This document shows positions 22,908-35,816 of a DNA stretch of 64,000 bases, piece by piece. Below the pieces are notes generated by a model, which was given only the letters and a program-made list of their open reading frames with translations, did not search any database and had not been told where the DNA came from. The DNA is from Neophaeotheca triangularis. Its lineage: Eukaryota. The position numbers were made by a program, and so were the translations under genes. Numbering within the stretch: position 1 is the stretch's first letter; each line of letters starts with the position of its first letter. The stretch covers positions 124,001 to 188,000 of the forward strand of contig BAAIJX010000043.1 in the NCBI GenBank assembly GCA_054600435.1. The letters are read 5' to 3'.

Positions 22908-25585
22908 TTAGTAAACGAAATACTGCTGGGCCAACGGAAGGGTATCCGAAGGCTCAGCAGAGCAGACTTGGCCATCAGCTACCACAGTCTTCAAGTCGGT
23001 CGAGATTAGCGCACCGTCCGATGGAAAACAATACTGACTGATAGGTAGAGGCAACTCACATAAGTCTCCGGATCAACACGCATCTTGGGCATAGCATCAT
23101 TGAGCCTCATATCCCCTTTGCTCACGCTCCTGCATCCCTTGACCGCCTCCACCCGCTTCTGCAAACCGTACTCCTTCTTTACCTTCTCCACGCTGCTTCC
23201 ACTGACCCACGCGATGGAGTTGCCTGTCGCGGGTGTGAGAGCGCCGTGCATGGGCCTCATGACCACGGGTTCAATAGTAGGGATACTGGCGTTGGCGTCG
23301 CCCATCTGGCTCCAGGCGATCATGCCTCCCTTGACGACTTGGGCGGGTTTAGCACCGAAAGAGCTGGCAGGCCAGAGGACGAGGTCGGCGAGCTTGCCGG
23401 GCTCGATGGAGCCGATCAAATGGCTCATACCAGACGCGACGGCGGGGTTGATGGTGTATTTTGCGACGTAGCGGCGGACGCGGAAGTTGTCGCTGCCGGT
23501 GCCTTCGTCTTCCGGAAGCGAGCCGCGCTGGACTTTGTTTTTGTGGGCAGTGTTCCAGGTACGCAGGATGACTTCGCCGCAGCGGCCCATGGCTTGTGAG
23601 TCGGAACTCATCATGGAGATGGCGCCGAGGTCGTGGAGCACGTCTTCTGCGGCGATGGTTTCGGCGCGGATGCGCGACTCGGCGAATGCGACGTCCTCGG
23701 GGATGTTGCGGGAGAGGTGGTGGCAGACCATGAGCATGTCCAGGTGCTCGTCGAGGGTGTTTTTCGTAAAGGGGCGGGTGGGGTTGGTGGAGCTGGGGAG
23801 AACATTGGCGTGCTCGACTACGCTGATGATATCTGGGGCGTGGCCGCCGCCGGCGCCTTCGGTGTGATAGGTGTGGATGGTACGGTTCTTGAAGGCGCCA
23901 ACCGTGGTTTCGACAAAGCCGGATTCGTTGAGCGTGTCGGTGTGGATAAGACATTGTATGTCGTGTTCGTCGCAGACTGTGAGGCAATTGTCGATGGCGG
24001 CTGGGGTGGAGCCCCAATCTTCATGCAGTTTTAGCCCGCAGACACCGGCTTCGATCTGGCTATGTAAAGGGTCGGGGGCGCTGTCGTTGCCTTTACCGGT
24101 GACTCCGATATTCAGGGGTAAAGTATCGCATGCTTGCAGCATCTGCTTGATAATCGTCGGGCTGGGCGTGCAAGTCGTTGCGTTTGTGCCAGTACTCGGG
24201 CCTGTGCCGCCTCCAAGGAAAGTCGTGACCCCTGAAGCGATAGCATCGTCTGCTTGCTGCGGACAAATGAGGTGGATGTGGCTGTCGAAGCCGCCAGCAG
24301 TCACAATCTTGCCCTCGCTCGCTATGACGTCCGTGCAGCTGCCAACCACCATGTTCTCGCCGACACCATTCATAACGTCTGGGTTTCCCGCCTTGCCAAT
24401 GCCCGCGATGAGTCCGTTCTTGATACCAATGTCTGCCTTGTAGATGCCCGTATAGTCGACTATAAGAGCATTCGTAATCACGGTATCCAAGCAATTCTCG
24501 GCAGGCCATCCAACGGCTTGACCCATGCCGTCTCGAATGGTCTTACCACCGCCAAACGTGCATTCGTCGCCATATGTTGTCAGATCCCTCTCGACCGTAA
24601 CCCAGAGGTCAGTCGAACCCAGTCTCACCTTATCGCCGACTGTCGGCCCAAACATGGTGACATATGCTTCCCGATCCAGACTGTAGGGATCCAACTGCTG
24701 ATCCGCGCCTGGCTGTTCAACATGCAAGAATCCACCCGCCTGCAGCTTCCTCATCATTCCTTCGACCACGCTTTCGTCATGTATGTGTCCTGTAGCGATG
24801 CCATTACCACCCTTGATCATCTGATTGCCAGCAATCTGCACCAAAGTAACAGTCTTGCTATCCCCCGGTTCGAATCGCATACTCGTCCCAGCAGCAATAT
24901 CCAACCGATACCCCCTCGCCTTCTTCCGATCAAACTCCAGCTTAGGATTGGCCTCGACAAAATGATAATGCGAACCAACCTGCACCGGCCTATCCCCTTT
25001 CGACGTGACCTTGACACTCACCCTCTTCCGGCCCTCATTCATCACGACCCTCCCCTCCCTCCCTCTAACAGCCACGACCGCCCCAGGCTGCTTCTCCGCC
25101 TCATACACCGACATATCCACCAACGGCCAGGGGAACAAGTCGGCATTACTGCCCACGGGCAAAAAGCTGCCATACAGCGCTCGTTCCAGATCTCCATCAT
25201 CCGTGGCAATGGGGTTATGCACCGTCACGAGGTAGGTGCCCATGACAAAAGTGCCCTCGACCTGCAACTCGGCCAGCGTGTGCGGCACCGAGGGCAGCAC
25301 GTGGCGGCGGCCGAGCAGCGTGGTGCCCAAGTGCATGAGGTCGGCGACGGAGTGTGCGCCATCGCGGATCAGCTCGTGCAGGACGTGGGCGACCAGGGCC
25401 AGGGCTTCGGAGTGGTTGAGTCGCACGCCTCGAGCCAGACGGCGCTGGGCTTGGAGACCCAGTTGGGTGATGGTGAGTTTGTCGAGCTGTGTGTGGTTGT
25501 TGTCAGTTTCGGGGAATTAACTCGTATGTAATAACTCATTATTGAGGGTTTGGGTAGGACAAACTTCTCTAGGCGCCAGTTGCAT
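22908..25585 (-). CDS. URE1: Urease (fused gamma-beta-alpha, 3 exons)
   Basis: MQLAPRE/LDKL...[14 protein letters not shown]; Ni ligands [37 protein letters not shown]; last exon ...LAQQYFVY*. Confidence 0.97.
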
Positions 25586-26045
25586 GATTGCCTAAAGCGT
25601 GAGTAGCTTGTGTGTCGAGTCTTCCCAGATGCGGTTGAGCTTTTCCAGCTTTACGAAACTTTTACGAAACCAAAACGTCCACAAGTCACAACGTCGCAAA
25701 GCGGAGGCGGGGAAGCTTGATACACCTGCAGTCCCTCACTCTGCTTACTGTACGGTATGCGATGTTTAGTTAATTTATATCTTGCCAGTGTAACTAATAA
25801 TGATTACAATGATTAACAAGATAACGGCCTATTGCAATGGCAGTCGCCAAGTCAAATGTGAATAAAGTGCCTACAATGATGATCCGGTACTGTATCTAGA
25901 CGGAAATTGGTAAGTATTGGAATGGTGAGAACGAGAAAAGTGTAACGACCTGGAGCTGCAAATGCAACATTCGATACTCTTTTTCTCTGACCTGTCGATA
26001 CAATACCGCACTCTAATCAATGCCTTGATATATATACAAATCTCT

Positions 26046-27104
26046 TCACCTCAACTCAGACCAAACATTAGCGACAGCATCCGCACAACTCTCAGCATTA
26101 AACCCAACAATCTGCACGGTATGGGTCAGACAGCCCTGCCTTTGAAAATCCTCCCGAGCCAACCTCCTGGGCACAACCGAGCGGTCTCCAAACCTCACCC
26201 TGCCCGTCCTCAGCTCCGGCTCCTGGTAGCCCTCAAAACCATCATAGAAGAAAATCTGCGCGTTCCGCTGACACATGGGACGACCCAGGAGAGCGCCGAT
26301 TCCCCCGAGACCTGTTTGCAGGAGTGGCTGGTTGTTGAGCGTGATGTAGGTTTGGGTCGTGTACATGGCGTTTGCACCGGGCGTGGAAGTGAGGGTCCAG
26401 GCGGGGCCTTCGACGCCCGGGCCGCTGAGGGGGTTGGGGAGGATGATTTGGTCGACGAGGGTGCTCTGCGTGCCACCGGGGCTGGTAGTGTAGGCTTGGT
26501 TGGTCGGGTCGAAGGAGGCGGGCCGGAGGGGGTTGCCCGTGAGAGTTGCTACGAGTGCTGGGGGGCGAGCGTTAGATCACGCTGGATTTGGTGGCTAATT
26601 CGGGTCAAGATTACTTACAGGGAACCACGCTCATGAGGTCGTTTTGGTTAACGCCGCCGATGAAGTTGCGGATCGGGTATTGGATCGCGCTTTGGCCGTC
26701 ACGGAGCACGTCTGTGTAAGGTACGTATGCACCCGAGCCCAATAGCTGGTCAATGTTTAGGTTGATGCCAGCTCGCAACTTGATCTGGTTCTGAAGACTA
26801 GTGGACATGACGATTGGGTGGAAGGCATCGTCCCAACCTTGAGGGAATAGGGTTGCGTTATCGCCAGGGACGTCGAGCAGAGGGTATGGCGACACGAGTG
26901 ACTCTGCGGTGCTTCTTGGAACGGCAACGATGAAGTAGGCTGTATCCTCGAGTCAGCAGAGTTGTTTACATATTTTCGTCCATGCTGTTACCAACATGTG
27001 TTTTGGGCCGCTGTTCGCACGTCCGGGAAATCTTGCTGGACGAGATTAGGTGCTTCTGCTGCGGCAAGGCCTGCAAGCGAAGCGAGAAGGGCGAAGTATT
27101 TCAT
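26046..27104 (-). CDS. Hypothetical secreted protein (3 exons)
   Basis: Signal peptide MKYFALLASLAGLAAA at 27104; introns ~26948-26994 and ~26571-26617 link the ORFs 26611..26895 and 26046..26366. Confidence 0.75.
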
Positions 27105-28702
27105 GTTGTATCAACAGTAGAGGGTTGACTGTCGATTGCTTGGTGTTGCTGGGAAGAAGCGATGCTGTCTGACAAGAAACATGAGCGAACCTACCTGATA
27201 TATGCAGACGTGGAGACCCTCGACAAGAATCATGCCCTCAAGATGATGGCAACCACTCCACAGAAATGCTAGAATGTGGGTAAATATCCTGTTCTTTGTT
27301 CCCTGGCTACCCGCTTACCTTTAAAGGTAAACACACTTAGTACTGCTGATGAGATCAGATCAGTAGTGCAACCCCACGCGTACCCGTCTATAAGGTAGTG
27401 GTGGCGTAACGGTCAAAGTTAACGCCAATCTGAATCTTCCGTACGGCCATACCGAGCAACAGACCAGAAGGAATTGAGTATACTACTGCCGCATGACGTG
27501 CAGCTGCACCGAGAGAAAAACTCCCACAGGTCTAACAGGTGTGGGTGGGGGTTGGATCGTTCGCAACATGATACATGAGAAATGCGCGAGTGCACTCAGG
27601 CGATGAAGATCGCCACAAGAAATACTCTGTCCGGCAATGGCATTCTCAACTCTGCATTATCATTCGAGTAGTCCAAATGCAAAGATCGTGATCGACGTAC
27701 ACAGGTAAGATGATATGCGGTACCCACCGGTCCGCCTCCATGCCAGATCGGCCGGCTCGTTGCGATCCGTATCTCCTCTCCTCGTTGCCGTTGGGCCGCG
27801 GAAGCGCACCAATCCGCCCAGCAGCCTGGTGGTCGTCCAGGGCGTTTGTCTTGGTCGCTCAAAGGGCTGCAGGCCACTATTGCAACGCATCTTTTACAAC
27901 CCGTTCACTTAAGTGTTCGGATCCGACTTGCCAACCCGACCTTAATAGTCTTGAGAAAAAGGCCACGCCCTGCCAGAATTGATTTCAAGAGAGCATACCA
28001 TGGCACAAGGGATCGCTACCCGTTCACTAATAGTCTCGAATGCAACCCAGCCTCAATATTCTTGAAAAGCGTGTCTCCTTGGGCCGAGATAGCTAAGGCA
28101 GCAATGAATTATAGCTTTTGCCAGATGTGTCGGGAAAGCTTTCCAGGAGCATGCTGTTGCCGGGCATTTCAGTGTGGTACTCTCTGAGCCGTGTCACCAG
28201 TCTAGGCGACCTTGTGACCTGCACACGAAGCCGCTCGTTGTTGCAACAATTGCTTCTTCGACCAGGCCTCTTGCTACCAAAGCGTAGGTCAATTAACCTG
28301 GAAGAGCGCCCCTTGCGCGTAGCTACCATCCATCCCTTATCCCACTCATGCGACTGCACCGGCGCTTCTATCACCACGAGCGGCTGAACCTTTGCGGCAG
28401 CATCTCTACGACGGAGCTCACAGCGTTGTGGTATCGGCTTGCCAGGTTGGCTCTCTAAAACATAGCCACCAAGTCGTCTGTACGAAGCAAGAGGTCGTCT
28501 TTTGCACCGAGCCGCCAGCCTTGGCTGCTCGAACAATTGGTAGTAGTAGCCATGTGTTTCGTAACACAACTACACCATGTGTTACTCTTCCATCGCAGCA
28601 AGTCATGCCATCCGTGCCTTCAAATCGAGGACGAGACATTCCCATAGCCTATACCGCTCACAACCCACATCCTGGGCCTAATGGTACCTCCAATCTCCCT
28701 CC

Positions 28703-29626
28703 TCAACCCCTCCCCACCTCCCCCGTCTCCCGCTCCCACATCTCCATCAACCCACCCCGCATCTCCCTCCCCACCCTCTCCCTCTCCTGTGTAGCAACCC
28801 TCCAAGGCTTATCCCCCCGTCTCCAATCCACGACACTCAGTCCCCTCATCCCGTGCGGCAAACGTCGGACCAACGTCTCCTGCACACTATCCATCCCGAC
28901 AACAAAATTCCCATGAAAGTGCGAGAAATTGATCTGGTCGCGGAACTTTGCGCGCGACGGGTTGGCGAAGATTTGAAACATGCGTGGGGAGGTGCTATTT
29001 CGGTGCTGGGTGGTTGGTGGGGCGGTATAGGAGGGTTCGATAAGAGGAAAAGGCGCGCGTTGAGAGGGTGGTCGCGGGAGAGATTTGGTGGCTGTGGAGA
29101 GGGCGCGGTATTGTTGTTGTCGTTGTTGCTGTTGTTGTGAGACTTTCGTAGGCGCTCGCGAAGGACTCGCTATCGTATTTTCTCCCGCCCCTCCCCATGC
29201 TGTCGCTTGCTCTTGTATCCCGGAGGCCAAACCCCAGGGCCCAGTAGCACGGCCATCATCATAGCCGGCCTCAATCACTCCATCACCGACTTCTCCCCCC
29301 TGCACCCCATTTCCCTGCACCTCTTCCCCCAGACCCCTCCCCTCCCCCTCCTGTTCCCCTTCTTGTTCCTCCTCCTCCACCCTCCCCATCAAAAACCTAA
29401 CCGGACTCTTCCTCAACGCCTCAGCAGCCGCACTACTCTCCCTATAGACCAGAAGAACCGTATTCGGCACCGCAGGACTATCATACTTTAGACTGCGATA
29501 GAATTCAATCTCGCCAAATTGCGACATGAGATTGAGAATGGCGCGGGACTCGCCCAAGTTCGCTGGGCGAGGGTGGATGCGGAGTTGAAGTTGGCGCGAG
29601 AGAACCGGGCGGGCTATGGAAGCCAT
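28703..29626 (-). CDS. Uncharacterised fungal protein, possibly mitochondrial, with an RRM-like N-terminal segment
   Basis: Basic N-terminus MASIARPVLSRQ; LRIHPRPANLGESRAILNLMSQFGEIEFYRSLKYD. Confidence 0.7.
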   Translation of the reverse strand: MASIARPVLSRQLQLRIHPRPANLGESRAILNLMSQFGEIEFYRSLKYDSPAVPNTVLLVYRESSAAAEALRKSPVRFLMGRVEEEEQEGEQEGEGRGLGEEVQGNGVQGGEVGDGVIEAGYDDGRATGPWGLASGIQEQATAWGGAGENTIASPSRAPTKVSQQQQQRQQQYRALSTATKSLPRPPSQRAPFPLIEPSYTAPPTTQHRNSTSPRMFQIFANPSRAKFRDQINFSHFHGNFVVGMDSVQETLVRRLPHGMRGLSVVDWRRGDKPWRVATQERERVGREMRGGLMEMWERETGEVGRG

Positions 29627-30071
29627 TGCCGTTTTCTTTTTCCTTTCTTTCTGATTAGGTGAGTTTGTGAGGGAAGGAGGTCAGGGTGTTGCGGAGTGTT
29701 TTGGACGTGCTGGATATTTGGGCGGTGCAAGATTAAAGTGGGGCTTTTGGGGATATACAGGGTATGTCTGTATGTGACAATGTCGGATGCTGATCATGGT
29801 GCTGATCACGAACTTTAGCTGTGTACCTGTAAGAGATTCGCATGGGATTTGGAAAGCTTAATAGATGATACTGTATGGACAAATGGACGATGCAGGCTTC
29901 TTTGCCTTTGTCGATACGTCTAATCGTGCAAGCTACCAATTTGAGTGAGCCATCCTCTTGACCTACATACACGCGCAGTCTCGTGTTGATTTATGTACAT
30001 GTCGCCAACGCCGTCAACACCTCGCTAAATGCCCTCAGTTACATGGCATAACATAGTCCCCCTAAAATCGC

Positions 30072-30785
30072 TCAAGACTGAACAGCGTGACTAGACTTTC
30101 TCTTTCCAAGTCTATCTTTCCTCGCCCTCACACTTTTGCTCACCCTCGCATGACTCAGGGATTCCCTCCCACCCGCAAGATCCCATGACCGCGGTCTTGA
30201 CTGGGAAAGTCCACTCGAAGCTCTACTCCTCGCACGCTGCCCATCATCACTATCGTACCCCTCGTCTTCCTCGGCCGGACTAAGAGACGGCCGCTGCGCA
30301 ACCTCGCACTGCTCGCCCCGCTCCACCATCTCCTCGACCAGACGCGCTATCTCCGCGTGATGGCCGCCTGAACAGAGCAGCCGCGTGTTGACTTGTCGTT
30401 GTGCTCGCCTGCTGGGGCTGTGTGGGCGTTGCGCTATGCTTGTCCGCGAACGCTGTCGCGCACAAAACCAATCGTCGTCGGCGCCTTCTGGTCGCCAAGC
30501 GCTGTCGTCGTCGTCGAGGTTTGCATAGGAGTCGCAGGGTTCGTAAGCGATAAGGGCTTCGCGCCGGAGACGGTGGGAAGCGAATTGAGAGGTTATGTCT
30601 GAGACAGAGATGTCTTGTTGTGATTTTCGGGAGGACTGGGTTGTTGAGGATGTCGATGAGGATGTGGCTGTTGAGCAGGGCGAGACGGATCGGCTTGCGT
30701 AGCGTAATGTCGGGTTGGAGTCGTTGTAGGAAGTAGTCGAGGGAGAGGAGCGGATAGCTTCGAAAGTAAAGTCTTGCGAGAACAT
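30072..30785 (-). CDS. Hypothetical Ser/Arg-rich protein (237 aa)
   Basis: Single ORF with CACCATG start; putative conserved core QRQVNTRLLC...EIARLVEEMVERGEQCEV. Confidence 0.7.
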   Translation of the reverse strand: MFSQDFTFEAIRSSPSTTSYNDSNPTLRYASRSVSPCSTATSSSTSSTTQSSRKSQQDISVSDITSQFASHRLRREALIAYEPCDSYANLDDDDSAWRPEGADDDWFCARQRSRTSIAQRPHSPSRRAQRQVNTRLLCSGGHHAEIARLVEEMVERGEQCEVAQRPSLSPAEEDEGYDSDDGQRARSRASSGLSQSRPRSWDLAGGRESLSHARVSKSVRARKDRLGKRKSSHAVQS

Positions 30786-32319
30786 GGTGAGGATGGGTCG
30801 ATGGGTAGTAATAGTAAGCGGCTGTTAGGTATTGTGTCGATCACTCAGGTCCCAGGTGCGAGGTGATGGGTATGGTTGGTACTGGGTAACGTGGGTAGCT
30901 GCAGGCAGTCGTGTATTATTTGTGTGAGAGTGAAAAGTGAAAAGGCATGCGAACGAGTCGATCAAGGTAAGGTTGCTGAGAAGGGTACACGGTACCGCGT
31001 AGAGAGCCGTGCGAACAAACAAGGCTGTCGGGTCGAGGAATGCAGTTTGTCTGGACTCTGTCACTAGTACTAGTACTAATAAGTTAAGGTACCTCAGGTA
31101 GGTGAGGTACCTAACCTTGAACCTACTCACAACTCTGGACCGATGGCGTAGCCGCGCAGCTTGGAGAGACGGGACTAGGAGGATTCCAGGTTCGGGAATG
31201 GAGTCAATTGGAGCGCCACAACAAAGTACTATGTACCTAGGTGAGAGACGAGCCTAGCCTTCGGGTTATCTGTTGGCGAGACACAGCCAGGCTTTATCTC
31301 CGCACGTGCAGGCGGTGATAACGCCACGTGACATCCATCGGATACATGACGTCCCTCTTCACTCTACCTTTAGGTAAGTACCTTACCTAGGTAGGTAACC
31401 TTGGGACCTGTCGGTACGGTCGAATAACCCGCACCCACCTATCCAAAAGGGCATACTGTTGACCGACCAGCGTCCTAACAATGGGATACCTACAGACCTG
31501 CGAAAATCGCGAGGGATACCGCCCTCGATCTAAGTCCAGAGTCAATCAATAATAATAACAACAGCCGCCGTCCACGTCCCGCCCACCTCCAAGCGCCATT
31601 TTCGAGCAAAGCCGAGAAAGCCTCCGATCGCCCACGATACAAGAAGACACGGAAAAACCGGCTACTGGCTCATCCAGTGTCCACTCATAAATTCTCCTTC
31701 ACATGCGCGACATGGTGACATGCATCGCTTTCCTCTGGCCAATGAGTGCTCACCTAGATGGCGACGCACGTGCGCGATTCTCTCAATCGGACCGGGCGAC
31801 TAAGGTATTGTTGAGCAGACTGTCTCTCTGACTCCGGATCCTGGAAGACTGGAACCTCCTACGCCACGAGACAATCGCCCAACAGCCCAGGGATGCCTCC
31901 TCCCGTTTGGCAATCTTTCCCTTTTGTTTATTTCTCTTGAGATGATCTCCGTGCATTGCCGTCTCGTTTGAGAACAGCCCACGATAACGACTTTGTGGTT
32001 GGTGCGGCAAGGCTGGACAGCCAAAGCCTTTGAGTCTTGTCGATCATGGTCATCAAGCCTTTCTGTGAGACTTTGGGCTGCAAGTGCACGCTTGAAATTA
32101 AACGGCCTTCCAAGACAATGATGGGTACACGAGCAAGTCATGTGGGGGATCTACGACGTCGCTGTCAAAAATGCTTTGTTTAGAGTCACGCATGTGTACC
32201 CTGAGGAAGCGGATTCTCAATCATCTGATCGAGTTGTTTTGAGTCGTTGCAAAAAAGCAGCACTGGTACAGTCTTTTCCAAGGGTATGTCGGCTCCAAGG
32301 CCCAATCATGACCTTTCAC

Positions 32320-33342
32320 TCAAAGCTTGCTCTGGCCCTCCTGTGGCAACTTCACGACAACTTTGCCCCATGTCTCGCGCTCACCCAATGCCTTCAAAGC
32401 GTCCTTGACAGACTCCAACCCAACATATTCTTTGTCGGTGTAGCACGTCCCCTTCATCTTACCCTGATCCATGAGCTCGAACAGCCCATCCCAGACCCCT
32501 TGTTGGGCCTCAGGCTCATTCATAGCGTAAGCACCCCAGTGCAGGCCGACGACACTGATGTTTTTCAACAGCATCTTGTTGGTAGCGACCTTTTCAATAG
32601 GGCCACCAGCGAAACCAATGACCAGCAACCGTCCGTTCCACGCGATGCACTTGGTGCTCTTGTCAATCAATCCCACAGGATCATACACAATGTCGACACC
32701 CCTCTTGTTGGGAGTCAAGCTCTTGACCTTGTCAGGCCACTTGTCATCCCTATAATCAACCAAGTGATCGGCCCCAAAGCTCTTCGCAACATCCAGCTTA
32801 TGCTTGGTCCCGGCAGTCGCGACGACCGTGGCGCCAAACGCCTTTGCAATCTGCACCGCCGCCAGACCCACACCGCCAGCTGCGGCGTGGACGAGCACCC
32901 AGTCGCCCTTTTTAATCCCAGCCCTGGTGACAAGGCCCGCATACGACGTGGGCGCCGTGACAAACAACCCGGCAGCCTCGAAAAACGACCAGCCCTTTGG
33001 CATGGGCTTCAACTGCTCCTGCTTCGCGCAGACCTTTGTCGCGTACCCGCCCTGAGCGGCGCCGAAGACCTTGTCGCCGACTTTGAACTTGTGTCCTTCG
33101 GGGCTTTTGGCCGGGCTGGAGGGCACGGCGGTGACGACGCCGCTGAATTCCATTCCCGAAATCCATGGCAGCGGCGGTTGGTGTTGGTATTTGCCGCGGA
33201 TTTGCAGTAGGTCGAAGAAGTTTGTCGCCGTTGCGCGAATCTCGATGCTGTATTGGTCTGGGTTGGGGACTGGGTCGGGGAGGTCGGTGACTTTGAGGTC
33301 TTGAGGTCCCGAGACGTACTCGCTGACCTGGATGCCGCGCAT
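32320..33342 (-). CDS. NADPH:quinone oxidoreductase / zeta-crystallin (MDR family)
   Basis: NFFDLLQIRGKYQ, GMEFSGVV, VLVHAAAGGVGLAAVQIAK, GRLLVIGFAGG, GKVVV. Confidence 0.93.
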   Translation of the reverse strand: MRGIQVSEYVSGPQDLKVTDLPDPVPNPDQYSIEIRATATNFFDLLQIRGKYQHQPPLPWISGMEFSGVVTAVPSSPAKSPEGHKFKVGDKVFGAAQGGYATKVCAKQEQLKPMPKGWSFFEAAGLFVTAPTSYAGLVTRAGIKKGDWVLVHAAAGGVGLAAVQIAKAFGATVVATAGTKHKLDVAKSFGADHLVDYRDDKWPDKVKSLTPNKRGVDIVYDPVGLIDKSTKCIAWNGRLLVIGFAGGPIEKVATNKMLLKNISVVGLHWGAYAMNEPEAQQGVWDGLFELMDQGKMKGTCYTDKEYVGLESVKDALKALGERETWGKVVVKLPQEGQSKL

Positions 33343-33788
33343 GTTGGGTGGTTTGGGATAATTACGTGTGTTCTGGTGTTGGTAAATGGAGAGATTGAAT
33401 TGAGATGCTAGAGTAGCTATAAGTTGGACCTACCAGGGGGGATGCTAGAGTAGTACTATGTAGTTGCATTCGTTGTCCACGGGTACCTCCTCGGTAGGTC
33501 CTGAAGTTCAGCCTCGGTATGCGGCGTATGCCTGGCTTGTCTTATCGATCCACCTTGGCGCTCTTATCGCTTTGGCATGACGTTATCTCCTGAGGTTGGC
33601 ACTGAGAACGCCGGGCTTCTGTGAGCTTCTACCTACCTTAGTTGGGTATTGCTCAGCTCTGTGTCAGTTGGTTGCCAACAACATCTGAACAAACACAATC
33701 CTGCTTGCGTATTACCCCTGGACACCCGTCTCATATCTTCGCTCATTCTCAGTCTTCAACACCCCTACAATCCTACTTAAAGGCCACC

Positions 33789-35189
33789 ATGGCCGACTCC
33801 ACCGAGGAAACGCCCAAGATCAGCTTCACGGTCAAATCTTCCGCAGACGCCAAATACAGCCTCAATCTCCCGACCACGACTACCATCGCAGATCTCAAAG
33901 AGAAGCTATCCGCCCCTGAATATGCCGCCATAGAACCTGCGCGCCAGAGACTCATCTACTCCGGTCGTGTCCTCAAAGACCCCGATACGCTTGCCACAGT
34001 CAAGATCAAAGAGGGAAACACTATACATATGGTCAAGGGAGCCGAGAGCAACTCGAGGCAAAACCCGGCCAGCCAGACAGGAAGCGCTTCTGTACCGCCA
34101 GGTGCAGGCAACCCAGCAACCAATGTGCCCTCCAATCTTGCAGCAGGCACCGGCAACAACAACCCTCTAGCTCAACTCACAGGTGCTCGTTATGCTGGAT
34201 TCCATCAACTTCCGGGAGCAGACATGTTTGGCGCAGACGGTGGCATGGGCGCGCCCCCAAACCCAGATCAGATGCTGCGAATGCTCGAAGATCCGGCGTT
34301 TGCGCAGCAAATGAACGAGGCCATGAACAATCCCGCTGTCATCGACATGCTGCGCAACAACCCCATGATCCGCAACAACCCGGCCGCGCAAGCTGCCATC
34401 AACAATCCAGAGCTCAGACGTATGATGATGGACCCGCAGATGATTCGGATGCAAATGCAGATGCAGCGTGCTATGGGTGGTGACCAGGGAGGCCAGGGAT
34501 CTTTCCCAATGCCGGGTGCTACAGATACGACTCAACAGCAAGGTGCTGAAGGTGCGCAGAATGCAGAAGGACAGAACAACGCCAACCAGCCTTCGAGTCC
34601 GCCGCCTTTGCCCAACCTCTTCGGCGGCCCGCCAGCAGGAACTGGTGCTGGTGCCGGTACCGGAGCCGGAGCTGGTGGTGCTGCAGGCGCAGGTGGAAAC
34701 CCATTCGCAGCGCTGTTCGGCGGTCAAGGTGGAGCTGCTGGTGCAGGTCAAAATGCAGGAGCGGAAGGTGGCGCGTCACAAGCCAACCCCTTTGGCAATC
34801 TATTCGGCGGTGGCGCTGGCGCCGGCGGTGCAGGTGGACAAGACGGCCAGCCAAACCCAATAGCGCAGATGACGCAGCAAATGATGCAAAACCCGCAAAT
34901 GATGCAGCAGATGATGAATTTGATGGGCGGCGGTGGTGGCCAGGGTGGAGCGGGCGGTCAAGGAGGTTTCAACCCCTTGGCAGCCATGGGAGGTATGGGC
35001 GGAATGGGAGGCATGGGCCAACAACAAGAGCAGGCACCTCAGGACAACACTCCTCCTGAGGAACGATACGCGGCTCAGCTTGAGCAGCTAAACGCCATGG
35101 GCTTCTACGAGTTTGAGAGAAACGTACAAGCGCTGAGGCGTAGTGGTGGGAGCGTGCAGGGTGCGGTTGAGTATCTCTTGAGCGGCTAA
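33789..35189 (+). CDS. DSK2: Ubiquilin/Dsk2 UBL-STI1-UBA proteasome shuttle
   Basis: UBL QRLIYSGRVLKD; NP-M-rich STI1 repeats; UBA PEERYAAQLEQLNAMGFYEFERNVQALRRSGGSVQGAVEYLL. Confidence 0.95.
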   Translation: MADSTEETPKISFTVKSSADAKYSLNLPTTTTIADLKEKLSAPEYAAIEPARQRLIYSGRVLKDPDTLATVKIKEGNTIHMVKGAESNSRQNPASQTGSASVPPGAGNPATNVPSNLAAGTGNNNPLAQLTGARYAGFHQLPGADMFGADGGMGAPPNPDQMLRMLEDPAFAQQMNEAMNNPAVIDMLRNNPMIRNNPAAQAAINNPELRRMMMDPQMIRMQMQMQRAMGGDQGGQGSFPMPGATDTTQQQGAEGAQNAEGQNNANQPSSPPPLPNLFGGPPAGTGAGAGTGAGAGGAAGAGGNPFAALFGGQGGAAGAGQNAGAEGGASQANPFGNLFGGGAGAGGAGGQDGQPNPIAQMTQQMMQNPQMMQQMMNLMGGGGGQGGAGGQGGFNPLAAMGGMGGMGGMGQQQEQAPQDNTPPEERYAAQLEQLNAMGFYEFERNVQALRRSGGSVQGAVEYLLSG

Positions 35190-35816
35190 GCGATATGTTA
35201 CATTCTGCATGGCTGCTATGAGATTCGACGAGCGAAAAGGCATGGCGTTGAGGTACAGTCTGAGCATCTCACGGGACGCTTCCACTATCGGTAGATGACA
35301 TATTTTACGACACAAATGTTCAGCCTCATACGCTCTTCCTTCGTTGTGCCTGGAGTATTGCCGAGACTTGTGTTTTGAGGGCAATTCCCGCGTGTCAATA
35401 CAAAGGCGATGCGACTTGATAGGACATTATGCTTTGTCTTTGATCAATGAGATGCGTCTCTCAGAAGTCTTTTCGCCCTTTGTCGCAGCTACCAAAGCTT
35501 AGTCTTCGACCATAGGCAGACAAAGACAGCATTGTTCGACTCAGGCCCTTGTCTTAATCATAGCCAGCTCATTGAAGCGCTACTGTAGATGAAGTCGACA
35601 ATACCGAGTACCCCCTGGCACTTTTCACTACCATTTATCCCAGATCCACCAGCATTTCTTGATACCTCACTTCCATCTTCACCTATATTTCCAGGACCCC
35701 GACTACACTGCAGGCCAGTGAGTACCAGAGCCTATTTTATCAGAGTACACATCCATTTTTTGACCACCCCTCGAACGGAAACCCGCATACCCTGTCTAAG
35801 ACAACACCCACACACC

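Noticed and set aside
24254..25531. 425-aa + strand ORF
   Set aside because: Antisense shadow of urease
17989..25585. Amine oxidase plus urease as a nitrogen-catabolism cluster
   Set aside because: Separated by housekeeping FRG1; no transporter, urease accessory gene or regulator; proximity alone is insufficient
27596..28645. Several 60-160 aa ORFs in a long intergenic gap
   Set aside because: No motifs or consistent splice model
32140..33210. 356-aa + strand ORF
   Set aside because: Antisense shadow of the quinone oxidoreductase; no motifs
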